A stretch of 61,086 nucleotides of DNA, filler included, from Bipalium vagum (Eukaryota): assembly GCA_037834085.1 (NCBI GenBank). It is 3 parts of 3 records of this genome, joined end to end, with 100 filler letters (N's around TTAATTAATTAA, not from the genome) between each part and the next. Parts side by side here need not be neighbours in the genome. Positions count along the whole stretch, not along the records: positions 20,613 to 41,051 come from JBBMKC010253072.1; positions 41,152 to 61,086 come from JBBMKC010263650.1; 1 more part is not named here. One strand, 5' to 3'. The position numbers and the translations under genes were made by a program. The stretch's first letter is position 1. The number at the start of each line of letters is the position of its first letter. Shown in pieces: positions 36,330-47,989 of this stretch. Below the pieces are notes generated by a model that had not been told where the DNA came from, ran no database searches, and saw nothing but the letters and a program-made list of their open reading frames with translations.

Positions 36330-39300
36330 TTAATCCTTAAACAAACCATGGTACTAACAAAGAAGAATTATCGTATACATTTTATAAAACTCCACAAGTA
36401 CTAACTAATAAGAATGAAATAAGTACATCAATTCAACATAATCTTTAATACTTAAATACAATTTTTGAAGAAAGAGAATTGACAGGTTCAGGATGGAAGT
36501 TTGTAAATATAAATTTCATTCAAATAGATTATTATTAATATCAATCACTAGTACGTTCATCTTATGTTAAATAATCTTTTGAATCTAAGAAAATAATAAA
36601 TATTAAAAACAAGGATAATAGATGCTTTATATATCCCGTACTAGCTTATTTTCATCCAAAAACAATTCATTCAAAAAGATTAAATAATAATACACCTTAT
36701 ATAAATGAATTAAATTTAACTAATATTGAATTTCATTTAAAAATAAAACTTTTAATAAGCAAAACAGTATTAGTATAAATATATTAAAATTACAAGACTA
36801 TAATTCATCAAAGATAAAAACATACTACCAATATATTAAGAACAATTTATTGCAAAACCAAATTTGAAAGATAGAAAATGTAACTTATATAAAAATCATT
36901 ATGTTTTGTGTAGAAATATGAACATATTTTCTAATAATAATAATACGATTAATGTTAGTATTAATATTTATATTTATAATAGTAATAGTAATAGTAATAA
37001 TAACAATAACAATAATAACCTCTTTTGTTTAAAATGTTTAAATTCATATAATTCACAGAACTGAATTTAAATATAAGTGACTTCTATTCAAAGATTAGAC
37101 AAAAATCTATTTTAGAAGATGAATTTAAAAATCTTTCATTTTTGCAGTATTATGAAATAAATCCTTGTTATTGTTATAATGCACCTGGATTATAGCGGAA
37201 TGCAGGACTACAATATACTACAGCTAAGTTAATTTATTTTAAACAAAAATTTAATTACTTGTTATTAATAGAAAAATGAATAAGATTTGGAATTTCATCA
37301 GTACATGGTAAAAGACGAGTAAAATTAAATAATAAAATAGTTAATCCTAAATTTAATATTTATTATGAACTTTTACCACATTAATGGAATAAAATTTTAA
37401 TTGATTTTAACTTATTACATAGTGAAACTATTGAAAAAAATGTTTACAAGAATGGAATTGCGGAGCAATGAGAACTTTGACTTAAGTCATTACTTTAAAG
37501 AAACATCTAAAATATGATGATGCACGTTTATTATATTCTACCTGTATGACAATGCCTTTACCTACGGGTGAAATGTACGAAGATAAAAATGAAAATTATG
37601 AAAGAACATCATCTGATAAAATTATATATATGTAGTTGATTTAGAGTATCCTACAGAGTTACATGAGAAAATTAAATACTTTCCCCTATGTCCAGAGAAT
37701 ATTAAAATAAATGATTTGTTATTAACTAATTATCAAATTATAAACAAAACAAGTAACTTATTTAATGAGAAATTAATGTTAACCTATTTGATAAACTGAA
37801 TATATAGTAGAAGGATCTTTATTAGACTTTTATCTTGATCAAGGAATAATTTTAAAAAACGTACATAAAAATATAGTATTAAAAAATCCACTTGGTTAAA
37901 AGGTTATATAAAATTTAATATTGAAAAAAGAAATTAGTCTAAAAGAAATAATGATGCTTTTGGTGATTTCTTTTCTAAACTTTAAATTATTCTTTTTATC
38001 GTAAAACATTAGTAAATGTGAGAAATAGACAAAACGTTGAAATAGTTTCAATTAATACAAAATTTCAATTAAAAACATCTAAAAGAACCTTTGAAAGATC
38101 TAAAATGTTTACAGAAAATATACAGGGTCTTCCAAAAGAAGCTTTACTACATTTAACATATTAAGTACTAAGTAGTTTTTGTTTAAATAAATTAATCTTT
38201 AACATATTTCCAGCTAAAAATTTGAAAATTAAATATGGATCGTTATAATAGGCAACAACGGGCAGAAATTGTCAAAATATTTTATCAAAGCGGTAGTTCA
38301 AATTCAGTAACCGTTAAAAAATTAAATGCAAAATTTGGGAAAAACAATTTTCCATCAAAACCAACAGTTCACAGTCTGGTTAATGCTTTTGAAGCATTTG
38401 ACTCGGTAGCAGATAGATCAAAATATGGACGACCTCGATCTGCCCGTAGACCTGAAAATATTGCAAGTACACGAGAAAGCATTGAAGACAATAAATGCAC
38501 CTCAAGCAGTCATAGAGCACAGGAATTAAATCTCTCAAAATCCAGTTTGTCGCGGATAATGCATGAAGGTTTGCATATGAAACCCTATAAGCTTACCCTG
38601 ATTCAGAAGTTTAAAGAAAAAGATCATCAAAGTGGCCTGAATTATTGTAATTGGTTGTTCGAAAGATCAATTGCGGATCCTCATTTTTGGAAAAAAATCA
38701 TTATGATTGATGAAAGTCATTTTCACTTGAGTGAGGGTGTTTTTAACAAACAAAATTGTCGAATTTCGGCAACAAAACAACCCTATGTTTTGAAGGAAGA
38801 AGCATTACATTCGTCAAAAGTTACTGTATGGTGTGGAATATGAACAAGAGGTGTAATTGGTCCATACCTTTTTGAAAAACTGCAGGTAAAACAGTTACAG
38901 TAACGGGAGAGAGATATCGACACACCACAGAATGATTTTATCTGAATGATTTTAATGTGGAGAATATTTACTTTCAGCAAGATGGTGTCACATCCCATAC
39001 AAATAGGAAAAAATTGCATTATTACACGAAACTTTTCCATCTCGCTTGATCTCACGTTTTTGTGATGTTGATTGGCCTCCCAGAACTCCCGATTTGACAG
39101 CTTCAGACTATTTCTTATGGGGATATCTAAAAGATAAAGTTTATATTAATCAACCAAAAACTATTACACAACTCAAAGACAACATTTCGGAACAAATCGC
39201 TATAATCTTAATTCACCAAAAAGTTATGCAAAATTACATAAAAATACCCCAAACTTGTAAGGCTGCCAGAGGCGGTCATTTTAATGACACCATATTTAAG

Positions 39301-39935
39301 ATATAAATTTTTGTAATATCTGTGTTTAAATAATGGTATAAATAAAATTACTTGGCTTTTAAATTTTTATGTACGGAGAAATAGTGATTTAAAGTAGTAA
39401 AGCTTCTTTTGGAAGACCCTGTAGTTGCATGTCACGTGAAAAAATCTAAAATAAAATTTGATAAATTTAATTAAGTAGGATTTTTTGTATTAGAACATTC
39501 TAAACTAATAATGTATAATTAATAATAATATAATTTTGCTTATAATTGTTTAGAAAAAGAATTATCTGAAAAATATAAAATTCATTTTGGTGATACTGAT
39601 TCATTGCTTGTGGAATTTCTTTGTGATGAGAATGAAACAATAAAAGAGATTTAAAGTAAAATTAAACATTATCTCTGTGATGAGTTGTTTAAATTTAAAT
39701 ATGAAAATCTAATGATGTAAATAAGTAAACATGTAAACACTGATGTAAATGATTACAAAAATGCTTTAGATGAAAGTATAATTAATAAAGTAAATCATGC
39801 TATAAAATCAGATAAACATAATGTCATTTTATATTCACAAGAAAATATAACTTTATCACCATTTGATGATAAAGAAATAATTGATAATGATTGAATAACA
39901 GCTTATCCCCATGGACATCAAATTAAATGTGATAA
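36330..39935 (+). pseudogene. Polinton/Maverick (adintovirus-like) protein-primed DNA polymerase B, decayed, internally deleted and split by a DD41D transposon
   Basis: ELTGSGW, SSYV, IINIKNKDNRCF, FCLKCL, PCYCYNAPGL, IRFGISS, MPLPTG, VDLEYPTELH..FPLCPE, WLKGYIKFN..KR, KTLVNVRNR, LEHSKLIMY, HFGDTDS, LSPFDDK, AYPHGH in the expected order. Confidence 0.88.
38123..39421 (+). mobile_element. Full-length DD41D (rosa-like) Tc1/mariner element, 1299 bp, perfect 28-bp TIRs; transposase 38235-39306 inactivated
   Basis: TA|cagggtcttccaaaagaagctttactac...gtagtaaagcttcttttggaagaccctg|TA; IDESHFHL, FQQDG, WPPRTPDLTASDYFLWG; D-41-D after repairing a 1-nt deletion. Confidence 0.93.
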
Positions 39936-40059
39936 ATGAAATGAATGGATATATAAATTAGATGAAATTAATAAACTTTTAGTTGTTAAGTCTTGATTAT
40001 AGTAGTTAGTTCTTCTTTATTACACATTGAAAGACGCCAGACTTATAAAAGTATCTTTT

Positions 40060-41051
40060 TAAACAAAACGTGATTATGTAACATGCAACTCCTCTTTCAA
40101 TTAAAACTGATGCCACTTCTTCTACCATCCAATTCTCCTCAGTTTGGTTCCTCCTGGACCTGTTCGTTCAACTTGGTGTGAGATAGGAAGTTTGTGATAT
40201 TGTATTCTTCTTCTGTTTTGCGGCTCTTTCCGTAGCAATACTTTTTCTCCAATTGAAAACTCACGCCGACCTCTAATATCCGTTTCAAAGTTTTTCATTT
40301 TCTCGGCTGCAATATCTAAGTTTCTTTTAGATTCTCTAATGATCTCTGTATCTAGATAGGTTTGGTCACGGCTGCCAGAATGAAGATTGACTTTGTAGCC
40401 CAATACAATCTCAAATGGAGAAAACTTTGTTGAATTCTGCTGTGTAGCATTGATACTAAACTCAATTCTTGGGAGCAATTTTTGCCAATCTTTGTCTTGA
40501 CAACCGCTCTTTAGAGATGTGGTTATCATATCTCGAATCGTTCAGATTGCTCGCTCTACTAGACCGTTGAACTGGTGCTGGTAAGGTGAACTGAATTCAC
40601 ACTAGTCTCTCCATTTTTGTTGAATCCAAGAACTCTCAAAGTTCTTTCCACGATTTGTTAAAATACTCTTCGGCTTGCCAAATCTATAAATCCAATGGTT
40701 CATTATTGCTTTGAAGATTGGTTCATCATCAAGTTTGTACATCGCGGATAGGCTCACTAGTTTGCTAAAACGGTCAATAATGACAACCATGTATTTGTAG
40801 TGTACTGCTGCTTTTACCATATAAGCTACATCTACCACGATCTGCTCTAAAAAAATTTTGAGCTTCTTCTCGAGATAAAGATTTCTTTAGTGCACGTTTG
40901 ATCAGATTTTCTCTTGGCACAAACATTACAGGTTTTTAAACATCGTTTGACTGAATTCCACATCGATGGCCAAGATGATCTTTCAGATAGTTGAATATTT
41001 TCTTGCTACCAAGATGACACAGGTCGGCATGAATCTCCATCACAAATTCAT
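40060..41051 (-). mobile_element. Ty3/gypsy LTR retrotransposon integrase, truncated by the assembly gap
   Basis: HHCC finger HADLCHLG...WPSMWNSV...CNVC; IVVDVAY..IIDRFSK, RFGKPKSILTNRGKNFES, SPYQHQFNGLVER, TKFSPFEIVLG. Confidence 0.9.
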
Positions 41052-41151
41052 NNNNNNNNNNNNNNNNNNNNNNNNNNNNNNNNNNNNNNNNNNNNTTAAT
41101 TAATTAANNNNNNNNNNNNNNNNNNNNNNNNNNNNNNNNNNNNNNNNNNNN
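41052..41151. other. Assembly gap: 100-nt N spacer with central TTAATTAATTAA
   Basis: Same artificial spacer as 20513-20612. Confidence 0.97.
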
Positions 41152-41259
41152 GCTTTACTGATTGTTTTGATTTGCACCACCTAAGATTTTGGAGTCAGGT
41201 TAAATTTGATACCCTAAATATTGAACAGGGTTAAGAACTTTTAAAACAGTAATAAATTA

Positions 41260-42077
41260 TAAGTTCCTGTCAGTGATAAAACGTATGAAGATGATGAACG
41301 CTCAGGAAGAGCATTGTTCACAGAGAGTGACCTTGAGAGTTTTATCAATGTATCTCAAAAGCCCATTTTAAATCATTTGCTTAACATGGGTTATGTGTTT
41401 CGTTACAATATTTGGGTGGCACACTATTTAAATGAAAAAAATTTAATCGATTGAATATCAATGTACAATTTATTGCTCAAGCGAAATGATTAAAGACATA
41501 TTTTCAAAAAAACTTATTACAGGAACTTATATCATAGGCAAAAAGATCTTGGGGAAAATGAGGTGAACACCACCATCAAACCACAGCAGTAAAAAAATTT
41601 CACCCAAAAAAGTATTCATGTGTAATTGGTGGGACTGGAAAGAAATTCTCTATTAAAAGTTGATTGAACAAAATGAAACAATCGATTTTAGTAAGAACTG
41701 AACCCAGCTAGATAATATGAAGCCATGATAAAAGAAAATCGACCTGGATTGAGCAATAAATAATAATAATAAATTCAACAAGATAACAAGAGACCACATG
41801 TTTCTTTACAGACACGGCAATAGTTATTGCAATTTGGCTAGGATGTTTTGCCCCACCCACCTTATTCACCAGATCTGCGATCATCAGATTTTTATTTATT
41901 CCGATCCTTACAATTTCAGTTCTGTAAAGGACTGTCAAAATCACCTAAGAGAATTTATCGATCTAAAACCAGAGATGGCGAAAAGTCGTTGAGTTTAATG
42001 GTGCATATATTGTTAAATAACATTTTTTATAATAAAAATCGATTTTGAATTTTTCACCTTTTTGCTCAACCCAATAT
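41260..42077 (+). mobile_element. Decayed mariner element
   Basis: EDDERSGR, WVAHYLNEKN, CNWWDWK, PHPPYSPDLRSSDFYLFRSLQ; TIR-like end tttttgctcaacccaata. Confidence 0.85.
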
Positions 42078-43299
42078 AATAAGCATAAGGAGAATAAGTA
42101 TAATATACAAAAGTCTTCATAAATATTTGAATGAAAACGTTTTTGGGATATCAATAAAATTTACTGTCTTCACATATTATTTTGAAAACAATTTGATTAT
42201 GACAGACATACAATAATAAAGAATGAGGCTAGATTAATAATTATCCATATTAATAACAAGTTTCATTAACGAAAAAACAGATATTTCAAAGTCAATGATG
42301 TGAACTGTTTTGATAATTAGTAGGGTACACTAGGAAATAGATTAATCTCAAAAGAAAAAGATTAATCTTAAAAAAGAACCAGAAATAATCAAATAAAAAG
42401 ATTTACTGATGAACTACAGAAAATAATCACAGACGTTCCAATTAGATAACCGATCATAAACGTCAGATATTAGTTTTTGACTAACATAAAATGAATCCAA
42501 GTTGACAGAATTGTTCATTGTATTATTTAATTTATTTGACACTGTTCGAATGACGCTGCCTTCTGATTAAAATCTTTGAAAAATAAAATAACCGTCCACT
42601 AGTTTCATCACAAAAAATATCGGTTAACGAGCAATTATTTTAAACAGTCTCATCAATGGTTGGCAAATTGGTTTTAAACAATCTAAGAACTCCAGAATAG
42701 CATAAAAATCATTTTAAAAGAATAAAACTTTTTCCTACTAAAAATGTTGAATTAAGGGTAACATGAGGTAGTAGGAAGGTTTAATGCCCAAGCATGGGGA
42801 TAGCGTAAAAGTTCAATTATTTTTTAATTATCTAAATTGTCCTCTTTTTAATAAGTGATCGTTTGTTAACCTATTTGGTGAAAGACTCAATTTCTGTTTC
42901 CACGTATTTTCAATTTTCGATTGCAAATTTATTTAATTGCCAAAGGTCATTCGGTTGTTTATTTAAATCAATTATAATCTAAGACAATTTTTTTATTAAC
43001 TTAACTATTAAATTAACATTTTGTATTAACTTATTTATTTATTAATAATTTTTTCATTTCACAATTTAATTAATAAAAGAATTATATATTTTTTCTCTTT
43101 GATTTAAAACAAATATCAATGCGATGGCTTTTAAATCAAAGGAAATCCCATTTTTCTTTTGTGTTTACCAATTTGAGTACCATAAATATTTCAACTTAAT
43201 GTTTCACCAGATTTCGATAGGTAGAGATGTGTGATAACTCTGATCATTAAAGAAAACTTACGAAAATAAGATTTAACAATCAAAAGAAAAAACTAAAAT

Positions 43300-43790
43300 T
43301 AATAATATTTATTATAGGAATTAAATACATTTTTTGTTAGAAATATTGTCCATCAGCTACCACTACTTGCTCCCATCTTTCAGGCAGGCTAGGGATTCCA
43401 TTTTGAAAAAAATCCTGATTTTTTGAGGAGATCCAAGAATCGAGTCATTTTATGGTGTCATCATAAGAACGAAACTGCTGGTCACCTAGACTATGCGACA
43501 GGGAACGGAACAGATGTAAATCCGAAGGTAAGATATCTAAGGAATACGGTGTGTAATGTAAGATTTCCCATCCAAAGATTTCTATGTATGTAGCATATAG
43601 TTTCGAAACATGCGGCCGAACATTGTCATGTAACAAAATAATACTAGTTAGTGACCTGTCAAAATCATCTTTTAATTTGAAAAAAAGACAAGCCGCCCCT
43701 CCACATAAAAATATCTTTTTTAACCTTATCTTATTAAGATGAAAATGAAGGTCAAAGTTTTTTAAAAAATCTTCCAAAATTGCTATTATC
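43300..43790 (-). mobile_element. Mariner transposase C-terminal relic
   Basis: LLHDNVRPHV, HYTPYSLDILPSDLHLFRSL, LPERWEQVV..DGQYF. Confidence 0.85.
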
Positions 43791-43862
43791 TCTTATAAAA
43801 TATTAGGCTTTCACTCATAGACCTGATGTTTGTTTCCTTTAAAAAAACTTGTAAATTGAAAT

Positions 43863-45130
43863 AACGGGTGTTCACTTGAAATTTTGAATGATGTTATACC
43901 TGCTATAAAAGTTAAATAATCGAGTTACAAAAATTTAATTTCAGCACAAATTAAACAGCAGACATCAGAGAATTAGAAAATGTCAATGAAGCAAAGAATC
44001 AAGACCATTGGTTCTAATCTTTCTCAACTTAACTTTCATATCTCTCATCATGGCACGTACAGCAGTGAAATCTAACTTTTTCAAACAGTATTTAATGCTT
44101 CTTTTGAGTTGATCCAGGTCTTTTACTTGCCAATTGTGCTGGTAAACTTTATCTTTTAGGATAAATCAACAGTCTTCAATGGGTCGCAAGTGCGGTAAGC
44201 ATCGAGGATTCATATTCTTTGGTACAAAATTTATTTTAGCTCCTCAAATGTAGCGATGGTGAGATTGGCGTAATGGGGCTGACGACAAATCTGACCAAAA
44301 TATGTAGGTACCATCAGCATGGTTGGCGTCCAGAAATGTCAAAAGGCGCTGGCGAACGTATTTCTGAGAATAAATTTCTTTATTGACAGCAAAATTTGAA
44401 TGACAAATGATTGGCTATGAAATTCCAGCATCACTCACAGAAATTCAAATCAGAACATTCGGCTCATATTTAATGTATGAATGGAACTTCACATCACCGC
44501 TAGCTTTTTTTCTTTATGTTGAATAATAATACTTGTTACCAGCTATACTATGATGAGATAGAGTAAAGTAACTCTCATCATCAAGAACAAAACCGGGGTT
44601 TCCGTCACCCATTGATAAAACCTTTCTATAGAGGCGATCAATCCTCAGCTTCTGAGAAACAATTTGCTTCTCAGTAGCATGAGGCTTCTTTTGTTTTTTA
44701 TAGGCTGAGGTTCCCTCTTCCTTCAACATTTTATTAACGTAGCCAAGAGAAATATCAATTTTTGTTGACATTTCTCTTTGAGACAGGCCTTTGTTTGCAG
44801 TTGTCATCAAATAATTTTTTCTTCATTTGTGGAGTCATTTTTTTAGCTTGCTTTCATGAGCTGCTCTTTCTGACAGTGTTGCCTCTTTCTTTGTAGTTCT
44901 TGATGATGTTATAGACACTAGATTTAGGAATGTTAAGTTTGGCAAAATATTGAGCTATGCTGTATGTTGAAGCCTCAGGATGATCTATTCTGCTACTCGA
45001 CATTTTTGAATGACAAATCATTTCGGGTAAAGGAGGATGTTGTCTCAATTTCTGGTTGAAAAGGTAAGAGTTTAATTCAATGATACGATTCATTTTCATG
45101 AGTCATTGTGGAAATTACTTTATGAATAAA
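43863..45130 (-). mobile_element. Decayed DD37E-type Tc1/mariner transposase
   Basis: FVLDDESYFTL; YIFWSDLSS.HY...FVPKNMNPRCLPHLRPIED with about 37 residues between D and E after frameshift repair; TIR-like acgggtgttcact at 43864. Confidence 0.8.
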
Positions 45131-45264
45131 AATCGTTACTGAAACCTTAGGGAACATCATATAAAATACGACATTAATTTCCTGCCAACCAAATAATAAT
45201 GTCAAATTACTTTTGAATGAAGTTAAAACGTTAATATCGAGCAAATGTCAAAGTCGATAATCAG

Positions 45265-45745
45265 GTGCATGATAATCACCTTTTTTGACATTAAATGGTT
45301 AATTTGTTCCTGAAGGCCAAACAGTCAACCAATATGTTTACAAAGATGTTCTCACGAGATTATTTGAAAAATTACGAAAGAAAAGACAAGATTTGTGGCA
45401 ATCAAGGGAGTTTCATATTCTGCACGATAATGCAAGACCCCATGCGTCGCTATTGATCAACGATTTCTTGTCGAAACGGCAAGTTGCGCTTATGCCTCAT
45501 CCAATATACCCTCCAGATCTATTACCATGCGATTTCTTCCTTTTTGGAAAGATAACATGTTCCATGAAAGGCAGTATTCATACCACTGTTGATGTGATTA
45601 AGGAAAAACCAATTCAAAATCTAAAATTCATCACGCCTAATGAATACGAAGGATGTTTTCGATCCCTAGTGAAAATGTGGAGACAATGTACTGGTTAATT
45701 TTTTTATTTAAGACTTTTTTATACAAGACTTTTTGGACATACCTT
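45265..45745 (+). mobile_element. Mariner transposase C-terminal relic
   Basis: FVPEGQTVNQ, ILHDNARPH, PHPIYPPDLLPCDFFLF; TIR-like end actttttggacatacct. Confidence 0.85.
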
Positions 45746-47989
45746 TTATCTTTTATAAAATAACTTTTTTTTTGTAGATCTGTAGCCTAAAAGACCTAAT
45801 GGGATAAATAAATTATAATTTGTTACTGTTTTCAGCATTAGCAGCCTTAATGAATTTATTTTGAGCCACTTTTGGGCTGCTACTAGTACACTGACTTTCA
45901 GCTCTCAATTTAATCGAAAAGAATTATTTAAAAATTGACTGGTAATCGAATAAAACCTTGAATATTGATTGTTTACCGAAAGTGATTTCATTTGGATTTG
46001 GAAAATGATTGCTTACTACTAATTTTACGAAAAATAATGCACATTGTTTGTTCATTAAGATTCCGAGTTCAATGGAGCTCTGCTGACGAAAAATCCATTG
46101 AGAAAATCGTCCTTGACCCAAGAATTCAGAAATGATAAAATTGATGAAACAGTTCCTTTTTTATCTTTTTTATTAACTGTTTATTCTTAATTTTATTTTT
46201 GGTTGAAAATTGTAATACCTTAACTAGTTACATTTGATTTTCGATTTATTTATTGTGTTATTTATTATTACTGATCTGTCGGAAAGCTGATCAGAAGGGA
46301 GAGTGGTAGTAGAAGATTATTTGCTTTGGTATATTCGTGGAAGTATTGAGTAATTCGTGGTCGATTACGTGATATTTGATAATGTTATTGACGTTTCATG
46401 CAATGTCATTGTTGTGTGTTGCAAAACAATAAAGTGTATGTTATTGCTGCGTCAGTTATTTGCAAGAGTTATTTTAACATAATTGTGATAAAATAAACGA
46501 GTCAGATAGTGCGACTTGGTTAATATAAAAAATTAACATTTTTATTAACCTTTAAATTGTATTTTTCAAAAGCATTTAATTATCAAACTATGGAATTTTC
46601 AATATTCTATTCTATATAATTTATTGATTTTATTTAATATAAAAATGTATTTATTTATTGATTTATTTAAATTTCTATATTATTATTTTAACAGCACCAA
46701 AAATGAAAGATTAATTAATGTTATTAAAAAATTGCATATTGTAATTTTTTTAATTCATTATAAATTACATATTCTTACTTTTGAATATAATATATAATAT
46801 AATTTTTTAATTTTTGTTTGTATAACTAAAGTGGTTCATTTTCTTATTCTTTTATGTTTATATATTTATATAAAATTTCTTTTTATAATTATTCTTTTAC
46901 TTTTATGTAACATTAATATTGATTTTTCTCTTAAAATAATTTCAAATACATTTTTAAACTTTAATAAAACCATAAATATCTTGTAATTTTTTTATATTTA
47001 GATAATGTTTAAAGTTTTTCTTTTATTAATATTAAAAATAAATAATTACGGTTTTGAAATTAAATTATTAATTATTCTTATTTAATTATTATTATGAAGT
47101 TAATTCAAATTAAAAGAATTAATAATTTTAAATTAATTTTTCGCAAATAATAATAACATTATTTTTATTATTATAACAAATATTATTATTATTTTCATTA
47201 TTAATATTTATAGCTATTAGCGAATAGTTTATCGGTAACTCCATACATCGGATAAATGCTGGAGAAATCTCAATTATTCCCAAGAGATTGGGAAAAGTAA
47301 ATAATTGTCAAATATGCCATTTAAGACTGTAATTAAAGATCAGTAGGCAGTTGCATCGTTCTTCCAATGATTAAGATCAGTTAAGATCACACCAGATGCG
47401 ACTATCATCACTAAGAGCTACCTGATAACTTCCTTTTTAAGTGGTGACGCTCAATACATAGATATTTTCGCGACGACGTAGAAACGAGTTCAGTAATTAT
47501 ACGCGAATAAATTCCGCTAATAACTGATCTATTGGAAGTTGTGTAACACTCATAATATGATGGGCTGTCAATGCATCCGGTGAGAGTTATAATTGAATGA
47601 TAATTATAATAGACACTAACTCGCGAAGATGGAAAATATATATCGTCTTTGATTTTTATAGCCAAATTATTCACTATTCTCACAACGCAGCGGTCATTTC
47701 AATTATTTACGCCTTATTATGTAAATAAAGAGAAATGGAGATTTTTTTTATATTTTCTCTTTTTTATTAATTTAGTCTCACGTTTTATATACTCAACCGT
47801 TGTGGGGAAGAATTGTAAAATATTTATTATTTAAAATAATTTTGTTTTACTGAACTAAATTGAATCCTAAAGAAATTGAGAAAATTTTAATTAATGTCAA
47901 CTTAAAATTGCTGTTTAGAAAATAATAGGAATATTATTTTATTTATTTTAATTTTCTGAACATAAAAAAGTAAAAATAATTTGATATAA

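Noticed and set aside
40000-40012. AGTAGT as a Polinton terminus
   Set aside because: Wrong orientation for a right end, with no matching TIR or 6-bp target-site duplication
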